A stretch of DNA of 63,979 bases, the filler included, from Aduncisulcus paluster (taxonomy: Eukaryota): assembly GCA_024181965.1 (NCBI GenBank). It is 11 parts of 11 records of this genome, joined end to end, with 100 filler letters (N's around TTAATTAATTAA, not from the genome) between each part and the next. Parts side by side here need not be neighbours in the genome. Positions count along the whole stretch, not along the records: positions 1 to 3,218 come from BQXS01011412.1; positions 3,319 to 6,458 come from BQXS01011413.1; positions 6,559 to 9,502 come from BQXS01011414.1; positions 9,603 to 20,251 come from BQXS01011415.1; 7 more parts are not named here. One strand, written 5' to 3'. Positions 1 through 12,600 of this stretch are shown here, in pieces. The translations under genes were made by a program, and so were the position numbers. Position 1 is the stretch's first letter, and each line of letters starts with the position of its first letter. The notes under the pieces are model-generated. The model searched no databases. It was given only the letters and a program-made list of their open reading frames with translations, and had not been told where the DNA came from.

Positions 1-1
1 G

Positions 2-3000
2 CGTTAAAGAATGTGCAAGTTCAATTGGGAATAACATCTTTGTCCATTTTTGAACATCTCTTTCTTTCTCAATGAATCTATTTATATCTTCTTCACTTTC
101 AATTACTTTCTCAAGCGAATAGCATGAATATTTTCTCCGTTTTGTTTGGATAATCAAATTGGAACCAACTGGAATATAACTAATAGAAAGATCATTTCCC
201 CTCAACGTATTCGAAACGAGTGACATCGACATTTCTTTGTCCTTTTCCATGGCCCGTTTTAGAGCAGTGTAGACATCCTCACATTTCACATCAGAATCTC
301 CTTCCACAGATTGACGATATTGCTTAAGTTTGTTAATAGTTGAAATATCATCTTCCCACGCAACTTCAACAATACAAGGAAGAGAATGACGATTATCATC
401 AATTCTATCAATAATAGCCTCTCCTTCCCGGTCTTTCTCCTCATCTTTTCTCCCTTCACCACCACCGAATCTATTTTTAGAACTCTGAGAAGAATTAAAT
501 AGTTCCAATACCTCCCGTTTGACACCCTTTTCTCCATTAATCTCGACTCCATCCTCAACTTTCACATCTATGGATAAATTAAATATCCTCTCTTTCTCTC
601 CACTTCTGTCCATATTTCCAGACACACACTCTATCCACACACACCCGTCATTCTCACTGTATATGACCCCACGAACGCCGACACAGAGGCAGGGTTTGCT
701 TTGGGAGATGTTCACGAGCACAGGCGTTGTCAATAGATGATGTCTAAGGATGGGAGGAGATACGGATCCAATATGATGCTTATATACAAAATTAACAGCA
801 TCGTGCACAGAAATAGTCGAAAGGAAGAAATTGGCATACACAGGAACAAACTCTTTCATAAGAACAAAATTATGCTTCGATGTTGAAGAAGAAAGAAGAG
901 TAGAAACCTTTGTTTCAACCCCTCTCAGTTGTTGCACCATTTCCTTTCCTTTTTCTTCCTCTCCTTCTTCTTTATCACTCTTAGTGTTTTGATATTCTTC
1001 AATCTCGGCAATTGTCATTTCCCTCATTTTCCAGCTAAGACGTCGACATTCACACACACATGAATCCTTCATCTCAGGGAAAGTCAAGGAAATTCTTTGC
1101 TTATTCGAGTCCGGAGTGAGATAGATCAATCCACTGGATGCACACGGTGCCATGATGGCCTCAGGTCTTGGAATGGCCTTTGTACGCTGGATGACAACTT
1201 TCCCAGATATGGCTGCGATATGGGTGGCTGCAGATACCGTCGAAGCAGTTGGGAATTCAATCCGGCTTTGTTTCATTCTTTCAATCTTTTCTTCTTGTAA
1301 TTTCTCTTTCTTTCGTTTCCTTTCATTCATTTTCCAATCGTGCTCTTTGCGAACATCAATGAACTCACCTACAATATCTTTGAGGACATAATAACCATCG
1401 ACTTTCAGAGAAACATCAATATCAACAGGCACTGGAATCCCAACCACGCCACTCTTCACCCTTGGTGCCTCAGGGTAACATTGGAGGTCTATAAGTTGAC
1501 TTTTGGAGAGGGGAGGTTTGTCAGGGGGTGCAGACAGATTTGTTTTTTGCGATACCTGTTGATCTGCCAAAAGAGCAGAAGGACTCATCGGAAATGTGGA
1601 TGTGGGGATATCACTGGTATTAAGCGCTGCTTGTCCCGGTATTTCGTTTGAGATTGAACTTACACTCCACGATCTTTCTGTTTCGGCAATCTTTGCGGCA
1701 ATCTCAGCCATCTCGAGACTCGTGTCCTCTTCGCCATAAAGCTCTTTCAGCCCGGAAGAGAATTCATAGGCAGGTTGAACATCCACCAAGAAAGAGGATA
1801 GACGATATCTATGATCAAACATGGCCATATTTATAGCCAGTGAGAAAGAAGAACTGAGGAGAGCAGAAAGATCAAGGGAGGATGGAGAATGCCGGAAAGA
1901 CTCAGGACATTGTTGTATATCACGGCATATACACCCACTCAAACTCGATAACTCATTCGACTGGACGGGTGGAACGTCAGTCTCCAAGTTATCAATAGGC
2001 AAGACTTCGGAGGCATCAGAAGAAGACGAGGAATGGGAACCAGATTCTCGATCAACTACACCCCACACTGTTACCTTGCTCATCAGCATGAAGACCTCAT
2101 TCGAGAGTTGAGAGTGGAGAGAAGGAAGGGAATCGGTTGGAGGCGTCCAGACGAAAGGAATACCAGGAATCTCGCTATTTCCACTTCCGTCCTCCTTCTT
2201 ACGGTATTTAGATGTCTTTCTGTGATGATCAGCACTTTTAGCAGTGGGGAAAACAATGGCTTCGAGATCCTCAGAGTTCGCTGGCATCCAACCAAATGAA
2301 GTAAAGAAAGGAATATTAATTGGTTTCAGATCACTTCCACGTCCGTCCTTTCGTTTCACAGATAACGAAACAGAGACTGCCGGCTGAATACAGGTTCGGA
2401 GGTGAATAAACGGATAATCCCGGTTGGATATCCTCGGTTTTGACCGGTGGAGAAGCGAGACTCGATACCAGACCCGAGCACAATATTCCCTGAAAGATGG
2501 ATATTTAATCTCAATTTGTTCAGTTCCAGTCATCGAGCATCCTCTATTCTTCTCTCCAATAATCAATTCACAGAGTTCACGTTGCAAATGTTCATGATGA
2601 CACCATTTGGCCCTCTGATACACTGATCGAAGAGCTAATAATTGTGATGAAGCCTTAATCATATCATAATCATACGGAATATCATACAATTTGAAGGTAT
2701 CTTCTCCATCAACATCCACCATTGATGGTTCCTTATGAACTTTGTCTTCTTCAAGGGTTTCTTGCTCTTCTCTTGCAGCAGAAGATTCAGAAGACTCTTC
2801 CTCTTCCTCTTCCTCTTCTTCTTGAACCATTTCAATCCTGTCCTCTTCATTCTGCTTTACAATAGAGTCAATGAGCTCACCAATGATAGCGAGAGAATTC
2901 GTATCAAACTCAATCATCTGTTTCCTTTCGTTCATAATACACTCATTACGAGCTTTTCCAGCAGTTATCCAGTCTTTCCACAGAGGTTTCACAAGCTGAG

Positions 3001-3217
3001 TCCATCCAGATCCGACAGAAATAGATAGAGCGCTTGTTAGAGGAATAAATAGAGATAAAAGAGAATAGATCGGTGTGAAAAAGGATTTCAACTCACACCG
3101 ATGGGGGGTTTTAACTTGTTCTGAAGGAGGGAGCAGAGGGAAAGAAGGAAAGGATTCAGCTGAACAAACACAGAGTTTTGAAGAAGAAGACTTTCGTAAC
3201 ATTTTTTTCTCTTTCTT
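2..3217 (-). CDS. Large hypothetical protein, internal fragment (about 1070 aa, both ends missing)
   Basis: Manual translation of the minus strand gives one stop-free frame over the whole contig (KKEKKMLRKSSSSKLCVC...QLVKPLWKDWITAG...RDVQKWTKMLFPIELAHSLT). It is absent from the ORF track because it runs off the window. No family recognised. Confidence 0.85.
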
Positions 3218-3218
3218 C

Positions 3219-3318
3219 NNNNNNNNNNNNNNNNNNNNNNNNNNNNNNNNNNNNNNNNNNNNTTAATTAATTAANNNNNNNNNNNNNNNNNNNNNNNNNN
3301 NNNNNNNNNNNNNNNNNN
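3219..3318. other. Artificial contig linker N44-TTAATTAATTAA-N44 (first of 10)
   Basis: Identical linker with stops in all six frames also at 6459-6558, 9503-9602, 20252-20351, 24596-24695, 34427-34526, 38116-38215, 46392-46491, 51981-52080, 61319-61418. Confidence 0.98.
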
Positions 3319-4991
3319 GGATTCACAGCGTCTTTTCCGAAGAACTGTGCCTTCTGTTCTGGTCTTCTCTCCAAACCAGACTGTCCCCAAGTCACACCAG
3401 AAGAATGGATAGCAGGAGAAAGAACAATACCAAGAGAGGAGATGGCAACTCTATTATCTGATAATAGCCTGACCCGGAATCTATTTGGATTGGATTTCCT
3501 TCATATGGAAGTAAAAGGTGTCGGGCAATATTATCTGGATCTGTCATTATTCTTTTTGAGGACATCGAGAGGAGGAGTTGCTGTGACCACTGATATCCTG
3601 AATCAGTGGTTAAAACTGTTTAGTTTGCCCCAAATACATGATTCTTCGTGCAGCAACTGGGAGGGATATCATCACATGCGGATGACACACCTATCAAATC
3701 TCATACGATGGAAAATGCTTCGCCATCCATACGGAACTTTCCTTGATACATATGGACCACGACATGTCGATCACTTCTTTTGTTAACTACGTATCTGCAT
3801 TCAAAGCGGTGGTGTCCCGGGCCCCTAAATTAGGCGCTGATATTTATCCTTTAATCTTATTTTGTATTTCAAGAAGACAGGTTATTCAGTTACGGAAATG
3901 GATTGATCGGAGGACATTGGGATACGAGATGAGAGCGGATTGCAACAAGAGAGATGAAATTTCGACGATTATACTCCAAAATGAAATCGAGGAAGAAGAG
4001 AAGAAAAAACAAGAGGAAGAGGAAGCAAGAATTGCTGCACAGATCAGTCGGTCCTACCACACTTGATGATGGACGAGACACCTGGAGACTTTCCCGCGAG
4101 AGTCTTATCCTCAGAAAGGACCTCGAACGAAGGGTGAAAGATGCAACTAAGGAGAACTTGAAAAACCTCCCAACAGAAAAGTTCCCTCTCACAGTGTTCC
4201 CTTTATCTCAGAAGATTCAGAAGGTCTTCGCTAGAAAGAGTTGCAAACAGTTCAAGCCACTCCACATCATTGCAGCTGATCCGCTTCATTGTTTTTTCTT
4301 GGGAATTGGTGAAATCGTGATGAGTTTGATTGGGATCATCCTCACATAAGCCTCACTTAAAGACAAGTTCGATGCAGTTTTGAGTGATATGGGAATCCGA
4401 ATGAAATATTCAAACATGTGGAGAACTGCAAACAGATTACAAATCCCTTCTTTCTACCTGTGTTTTGTGTCTGTGTTGTGTTCGAAACTCCGAGGAACGG
4501 CTCAGCAGAAATTTCTCATTTCTAGCGGCTCCAACTTCGGCACAACGAATTCCTCCTCCTGTTGTTCAAGGCAATTATGGCCCAATTGAATAAATGGAGG
4601 GATGGCTTTAAGAGCACGCTCCATGTCATTGCAACATCCACACATGCATTTTCATTACAATTGGAGACCCATGCAATTAGACGAATCAGGAGATCATGCC
4701 GAGAGAAGGCAACGGTAAACAAAATAATTGACGCTTGCCCAGACTGATATAATCAAGCTTCATTGTATTCAACACAAATCTATGGTGCAGAGTGACCATG
4801 ATATAACAAGATTCAGACGAAATCATTCTCACTACCTTAAGGCTTACAAAGCAGCAGTAGAAATCCATCAATTAGAAAGAACACCATTCTCCCTCACTTC
4901 CAGTCGGTTTGAATCGAGAGAGATCATTCCTTTAGTATTAAACCGATCCGACTCAATTCATTGGAAATATCTTATCGGATGTCACTATTGA
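3319..4991 (+). mobile_element. Decayed CMC (EnSpm/Plavaka-like) transposase remnants, probably two fragments
   Basis: The frame from 3319 reads GFTASFPKNCAFC...GLDFLHMEVKGVG, resembling the GFxxSF..CxxC and DxxHxxxxGV motifs. A second DPLHCFFLGIG lies in ORF 3954-4349, and IIKLHCIQH...H..LKAY (KxH-like motif) lies in ORF 4728-4991. Several frameshifts and stops. Confidence 0.5.
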
Positions 4992-5139
4992 TGTCCTAGC
5001 CGGGGATAGTTCTCTTCCTCTTATCTATTTTTAGCCCTTGAGAAACTCACCAAGTAGAGGCTAATAATAATATTACATACAGAGTGGGGCCAACCAAAAT
5101 CCATATCGAGTGTGAACAAAAAGAAAACCCATCCAAGAA

Positions 5140-5659
5140 ATGTTAGAAAGGAGAGTCCAGGATATTCGAGGCCATGCTGAGTCAAATCGGAAAGATTTCG
5201 CCAAATACTTGAGAGAACAGCTTAATATTAAAATGAGAATTAGCTATTATCAAGGATGCAAAGGAAAATTTGACTCCCTGATCCTCTTCAATGAGGCAAG
5301 GTATGAAATGCATAAGCGTTGAGTTTGAGTGGATGCTGGATGACGATCTGCTCCTGGTCGTATTGGTTGAAGGAACATACTCCACTATCAGGAGTGGTCA
5401 AATCCTGTACCCAATTACTAGTGTAGCATCGACTGGGACTAATCTCCTTATTGGATTTATCGTGTGCAATTCGAGAGGGGAGAGGAAAGAAGGACTGAGA
5501 GTTGTTCTACTACTTGGAATGGACATCCTATATCGAAAGAGAGTACGTTTCAATGCTGTCATCACGGATGAAAGTCCGACTCTCACAGATCTATTTGGAA
5601 AAAGAACTGAGCCCGCCTTTCTGAGAATGCAAGTAACGACTTTGGTCATACGAAATTGA
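5140..5659 (+). mobile_element. Degenerate MULE (Mutator-like) transposase fragment
   Basis: VVLVEGTYSTIRSGQILYPITSVASTGTNLLIGFIVCNSRGE...NAVITDESPTL follows the MULE core pattern (hhhDGTY...G...hGF...E...hhTD). The first Asp is replaced by Glu; the fragment is frameshifted and truncated. Confidence 0.6.
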
Positions 5660-6558
5660 ATGGATCAACGATTGAGTTAGATTATTAAGAATGTATGTCT
5701 TGCCCACCCACCCACCCTACATACATACATAACATCACAATACTCTATGATACATTCTATACAATGAAGCACTAAACCAAACTAGCTCTCTCTTTCTATC
5801 TCAGATATCAGAAAAATATCAAAAGAAGGATGAATACCAAGACAGACTCGAGAGAAAGTTTACTACTGGAAAAACATAACCCAAATTATCCAATCCAGAT
5901 TAAACCGATCAATTGACCAACCGATGGAAAAGTTCTTTAGGTTCTTGAAGCAAGATGAGATTCTATTTTGAAGTGTTGAAGTCAGCACAAACAGTAATAT
6001 TCTAACTTGAAGAAAGATAACCGTGAACAAAAGAGTTCTAGATCATGAATTGATACAGTTGATCACAAACCATACCAGATCATATTGAAATGACCTTCAC
6101 AAACATACTTAATGAGAATGAAGAATAAGATCAGAAGAAAGAAACACACATATGCAAAAGACACTTTTCTCAACCATGTCAGTGTCAAAACTATTCCAAG
6201 AACATCACTTATAGACAGATACTCAATCCACATCCACTCATAAGATAAGGATATCACGGATGAGCTTCTATACTGACTGATCAGACAGTTGGAACACTCA
6301 AGATAGATGTATCCTTCTCTCAAGCGAGGAGAAGTATGGACATTGGGTGTGATGTCGGTCATGAGTATAGTACTACTGGAGTCACGGTTGGGAGAGGATG
6401 TGGTAGCAAGGCAGCCAGACAACTATAGGGTCCTGAAGAAGATATTCTATACCAGATCNNNNNNNNNNNNNNNNNNNNNNNNNNNNNNNNNNNNNNNNNN
6501 NNTTAATTAATTAANNNNNNNNNNNNNNNNNNNNNNNNNNNNNNNNNNNNNNNNNNNN

Positions 6559-7135
6559 CACGAGATCTGTACCAATTCCAATGCAAAGCTTGTTTTCTTC
6601 CTTGAGACCAGAACACAGATCATAAATATCGCTCTGGAGATAAGGATCAATGGAAATACATGGACTATCGCCATCAACAATCTCAGTGGTGAACTGTACT
6701 TCCACATTACGATATGACGAGGCGTAACACGCAGGACTCCATATTCCATCAAAGACAATATCCTTCTTGACATCACACAAATCACCAGTATATCCATCAG
6801 AACAGACACATGTATGAGTGGAGTAATCACATCCAGAATTATTACCACTTCCACAAATGGTACCATAACGATCAACAGGACATTCAGAATCACAATTGTC
6901 ACCATACCATCCTTCAGAACAGACAATTTCAAGGTCGTCAATCACGAGATCTGTACCAATTCCAATGCAAAGCTTGTTTTCTTCCTTGAGACCAGAACAC
7001 AGATCATAAATATCGCTCTGGAGATAAGGATCAATGGAAATACATGGACTATCGCCATCAACAATCTCAGTGGTGAACTGTACTTCCACATTACGATATG
7101 ACGAGGCGTAACACGCAGGACTCCATATTCCATCA
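6559..7135. repeat. In-frame direct repeat (about 192 bp visible, period 384 bp) in the Cys-rich region
   Basis: 6559-6751 is identical to 6943-7135 and encodes DGIWSPACYASSYRNVE...CIGIGTDLV twice. The lower-coordinate copy is cut by the contig end. Confidence 0.9.
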
Positions 7136-9502
7136 GTCCAAAGGTTTGAACATACAATGTTGTTTGAATATGAGAACGAATCAGGAGTACAACTGCAGTA
7201 AGTATCATCAAATGCAAATGAAGAAATGTTGGTGAAATGGGAACTAAACTCTTCAATACCAGCAGAATCCATTCCACAAATTGGATTTTCACCAAGATCA
7301 AGAACTGACAAAGTTTCCTTCAACTCGTATAATTTAGAAGGATCAGCAATGAAATTATTCTGTAAATCAAGAGTAGTCACATTTACACAGTTGATAACCT
7401 CGAATACATCATACCAACCAACTCCAGTGGCATACAATTCAAGGATGGAGGTGGCTTGAGAATAAATGTTCAAAATGGAGTCAATGGATGTGTTAGAAAT
7501 ATCCAAAATTTGAAGTGTTGGAGGAATGTGGGAGAAAGGTGGTAACGTGGCAACCTTAGTAAACCCTGCAATCTTGAAAGAAACAATGTTAGTGAGTGAA
7601 GTGAATCCAGAAATATCATAATCAACAATGGTGGTATTGTTTGAAGAACAAGACAGGTCCAAGTGAGTCAAATTTGTAAGATTCTCCAATTCAGATATGG
7701 AAGAGGTCAAAGAACATTCAGAAAGATCCAATTTCTGAAGATTAGTGAGAGATGACAACAGAGAAACATCATCAATAAAAGTGTTTCCACTCAAATTAAT
7801 TGAACTGACTTGAACAAGGTGCTCAAGACCTCTCAAATCACTGAAAGAGGAACTACTATACACAACCTCAGCACTAGAGGGGATGTTTTTGAGGGAAGAA
7901 ACACTGAAAAGAGCTGGAGATACCGAAGAATCTTTATCTTCCTCAACAATCAGATTCTCAGCAATGTAGCTTCGCAATCCATCATCAACAATCACTGGCA
8001 TGCATTCAGAAGAGTCACCATCATCTGACAGACGGCATGCTTCACCATATGTACAACCGCCATCACATGGGAACAGATCGATACAAGAATAAGTAGATGC
8101 AGAATCGTATACAGCATAACTATTTGAGGCACACACTCCTTTCCAGGTTTCAGATCCAAGTCTGGTCTCAACACAAGCCTTATTATCTGAGAAACCATTA
8201 ACATAGGTGAAGCTAGAAGAGCATTTACAGGTTTGAGAACCATAAATAAAGGTTGTAAATGTTGACGCATTAACAAATTTGGCTTTTAATTCATCCTTAC
8301 CTTCTTTTCCTCCACACAACCTATTCGAAGAAATATCAAGACTCACAAGGTTGGGAAGGTGATACAGTGGGGAAACATCAGATATATAACATCCACTCAA
8401 GTCCAGGGATTCAATTGCAATCAGAGAGGGCAGAGTTGTGAAGATAAATTCCTCAGAAAGCCTACCATTATTTCCAAGGGCCAATGATGTCAAACTTGAG
8501 AGCTGTGAAGCAGGAAGGGTAGAAATATCATTCACAGAGGTATCAGCCAATAATAATTGTGTAATGAAGCTCAATCCGGCAATATATTCATCAAACAAAT
8601 CATTATTAATGTCACTACCACTTAGATTAAGGACTTCAACGTATGTCAAGAGAGAAATAGCCTCGAGATCATCAATATTATTATAACTAACATCAATATT
8701 TGTCACCTTTCCAAGATGTTCAATCCCAATAATACTCGATACACTCTGATTTGAGCAAGAAAGAATGACTTCTGAATCAATACTTGTATCTAGAGTCTTC
8801 AATGAAGCCACACTATACACAGAAGAGGAGACAACATGCTCCTTATCAAAGAAGAGAGACCCAACACATGTATGCAAGTTCTCATCAGAAATAACATCAA
8901 GACACCTTCCTTGAGTTGTCAGTCCAAACCCATCATTTCTACACTCTTGACCATACTCACATCCTCCAATACAATTGTTAAGAATATGTAATGGACGAGT
9001 GCACGTGAAAGTGTCAGCATCTGTGTATGTAGAGTATGAGTCGCTCGCACATGTGATGAACCATGTGTCGGACCCAGGCTTGGTTTCAATACAGACCTTG
9101 TTGAGCCCAATGGTATCAGAAGTATCAAAGGTTGACCCACAAGCACAAGCAGATGTAATGGTAGAGGTGGCAATGTCTGTTCCTCCGAGTTTCAGATCGA
9201 TAGCTGCAGCAACGCCACTTCCACAGATCAAGTTATCAGTCAAGTCAAGTGTCGTGAGCGTGTTCTTCAGTTTGTACAGGGGCGATGGATCAGAGATATT
9301 GTTCGTCTTCAGACTCAGAACCTCCAACTCCTCATGGTTACGCAGGGGATACACGCTGTACCATCCATTCTCGTCAGCATGCAACTCAACAAGGCCAGTG
9401 TTCGTGGACAACAAATCAGGATCAGGAAGCTGCGTGTCGTTGATACTCAAGAACTCGAGGTTAACAAACAGCTCGAACAAATCGGATGTGCCACTGCTAA
9501 GG
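6559..9502 (-). CDS. Internalin-like LRR + Cys-rich/EGF surface protein, internal fragment
   Basis: Blocks of LRRs (LxxLDLSxxxIxDxSPL) alternate with Cys-rich modules (CVETRLGSETWKGVC; CSEGWYGDNC; CSDGYTGDLC). The frame is open across the whole contig. Confidence 0.9.
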
Positions 9503-9603
9503 NNNNNNNNNNNNNNNNNNNNNNNNNNNNNNNNNNNNNNNNNNNNTTAATTAATTAANNNNNNNNNNNNNNNNNNNNNNNNNNNNNNNNNNNNNNNNNN
9601 NNA

Positions 9604-12600
9604 TGGCAGTATTTCTCACAAATCACACCAGAAAAGGCTAGATCTTCTTCTCCTCCTTCTTCTTCTTCTTCTTCTTCTTCTTCTTCTTCTTCTTCTTGTT
9701 CTTCAAGAAAGGGTCAAAACCATAAGAAAAACTCCGGTTCTCGAACATTTTCAGCCTCTTCATTCTCCTTTTCTCCTCTTCCCATGTCCAATCCTACTCT
9801 ATCCTCCCTTCTGAAACATGGAATTCATGAATCTGTGCCACATATTGACTGGAAAGAAGCCAGATGGATAATTCAACCTCGACTGCATTATTATATTGAA
9901 TTATTGTACAATAATATCAATAATATCAATACTGATAATGTATTCTACTCCGATGTTTCTTTCTCGACTGTTCATTCGTACATATCTATGTTGTTATCTC
10001 CTTCTTTGATATTACCCTTGCTCTCCTCTCTCTCTCCTCTTCTTCTCTCCCTTACCCATCTTTCTTTAACTCTGTCAGTTGATCTACATTCTGTGATATC
10101 TCGTGGTTCTCAGTACAAAGTTGAGAGTGTATTGACTCGATTGGGTCGGAAATATGGGTTTGTATTTCCATCCCCATCGAAATATCAAGTTCAGCGTCTA
10201 ATGCCGCCATATCAAGCTATTCCATTAGTCATGCAGCCAGATACACAATTTTGTGGAGATTATGTTCTTGTTTTGGATTTTAAGGCAATGTATCCAGCCG
10301 TTATTGTTGCTTATAACCTTGGTTATAGGAATTGTCTCGGTGAAATCCCAGATATAATTAAGAAAATAGATCCAGAGCATCATGAAATAGTTATCGTGGA
10401 TGTTAAAGAGAAAGGAGAAGAGAGAGGAGAAGAGAGAGGAGAAGAGAGAGGAGAAGAGAGAGGAGAGAAAGAAGAGAGAGATATCAATAAGGTAGATAGT
10501 ATTAAACTAATTTCTGCGGTTGAATATTCAAGAAGAGAAATGTTACATATCTCATTGAAGGTAAAAGATAACGAAAAAGAAAAGGAAGAAGAAGAAGAGA
10601 AAGAGGAGAAAGGAATTGGATTAGATTCGATGAGTTACTATCAAACCGCTAACAATCAAAACCAGCAAGTTATTCGTGTGTTGCAATCTGATTTGCATGA
10701 TATTATGGTTCCTTTCGGGGCTCTGTCTCTCAAAATATCTCCAAATCTATTTATATCTCACGAATCTGATATTTTTGTTTCATATTTCGGTGTCCCTTTT
10801 CTCTCCCCGACCGTTTGTCCTTCTCTTCTTTCTCGAATGTGTGCTGAACTCTTAGATACAAGAGAATTGGTGAAAGAATCTATCAAATATTTCAAGAAAA
10901 TGAACGCAAACTGGGAAATTAAACGCAGAAAAGCTATCAATCTTTCAAAAAAAATTCTTGGTTCAAATTCAACTGGATTCGTTTCTTCTACTCTTGCTCA
11001 TTCCTTAATTTCTCAAGGACAACTAAAAATAGATCAGAATCCTCCATACCCAAATAGTTTATTAGTTCATCTTAATGCCCTTCAATCGTCCATTAAAATG
11101 GTGAGTAATTGTACGTATGGATATACGAGTGCATCTTATTCTGGTCGAATGCCTCTAATTGGGCTTGCCGACACAATCGTTCAACTTTCGAGGGATATAT
11201 TGCTCAAAACAAAGAGTATTATTGAATCGATGTCTGTTATCATCCAAGATGCTAACAACACCTCAGATTTAGGTGATGAAGATGAAGAATGTGATGTTTC
11301 GACTCATAAAAGGTCAAGAAAAGTCAAACTTAAGGTTATTTATGGAGATACTGATTCTGTTTTTGTTCGAGTTCCAGTCCAATCTCCGAATGAAGCTTTT
11401 AATATTGGTAAGAAGATTGTTCGGATAATTAATTCTTATTTTCCACCACCAATAACTCTAAAGCTTGAAAAATTATATCATTCTTGTTTCTTTTTGACTA
11501 AGAAACGATATATTGGTCTGGCCCAATCATCTTCTTCATCTCCTGATCTATTTATAGATGCAAAAGGTATAGAACAAATTCGTCGTGATTCAAGTTATCT
11601 TGTGACCCATTTGATGCGTAATATTACTCGAGAGGCTCTTGGGTCCAGTAATATTAGTCGAGTGAAATCGATTTATGATTATTATGTAGAAGCCTTGTTC
11701 TCTAATACCCTTCCCTTTTCTTGCTATAGTTTTTGTAAAGAAGTTAAGTTTCATCGATACAAAAGTGAAGCGACAATCCCGCCTCATGGAGCGCTTGAGA
11801 TGAAAAATATGCGAAGAGTATTACATAAATTGGAGAAGTTGACTAAGAAATGGAAAACTTTTGATTGTTTTGGTCACCCTTCCTCTTCTTCCTCTTCTTC
11901 CTCTTCTTTCTTTTCGATAGAATTTGAATCCGATCTGTTAACTCCAATACCTGGATCTCGATCTTCATATTATTTCTCCCTTTCTTCGCCCGGAACCTCT
12001 CTCTCCGACTCTGCCAAACATATTCAGTCTCTCCTCCTCCGTCCAAATGACAAAGCATATCCAATGCCCAATCTTAATTATTATTATGATCGTCAATGCA
12101 TCACTCCTTGTGGAAGGATATGTGTCCTGCTCGGGGTTGATCTTGAATCTGAATGGGGAAAAGGACAAGGATGGAGAGAAAGGGAGATGAGGAGAAAGAA
12201 AGAGGCATTGTTTGAGCAGGGGGAGAGAAAGATAGAATCCATGAGCAGATATAATGGGATTGGTGGTGGAGGGAGAATTAAGATACGAAAGCCTCGTACA
12301 TTGGGGATATTTGGTGGTATGGTGTGTAGGAATGAAATATTCAAGAAGAAATGTTGTTCACAATTACATGTTTCTATCATTGAGCATTCTATTGAAATCG
12401 ATCCAAATGATTGGTTAGCTCCAGCCTTGATAGTTGGAAACAAATTATATGCTCGAAAAGAAATGTTTCAGGAGAAAAAGAAGAAGAAGAAGAAGAAGAA
12501 GAGAAAGAGAGAGAGGAAAGGGGAAAAGATATTTGGATCTTATGAATATTTTAATAGATATCTTCCAAAAATTAACATATCGATTTATCTTGCACACTCT

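Noticed and set aside
3069-3102. 10-bp inverted repeat atcggtgtga/tcacaccgat
   Set aside because: It lies inside a long coding frame, occurs once and has no other support.
1-3218. Possible alternative genetic code suggested by only short ORFs in contigs 1 and 11
   Set aside because: Both contigs are fully open in the standard code and were omitted only because they lack a stop inside the window. Conserved genes end at TAA, TAG or TGA.
3219-3318. Regularly recurring TTAATTAATTAA palindrome flanked by N runs
   Set aside because: Artificial six-frame-stop linker between contigs. ORF ends containing X or 'LIN' are artefacts, and adjacency across linkers has no biological meaning.
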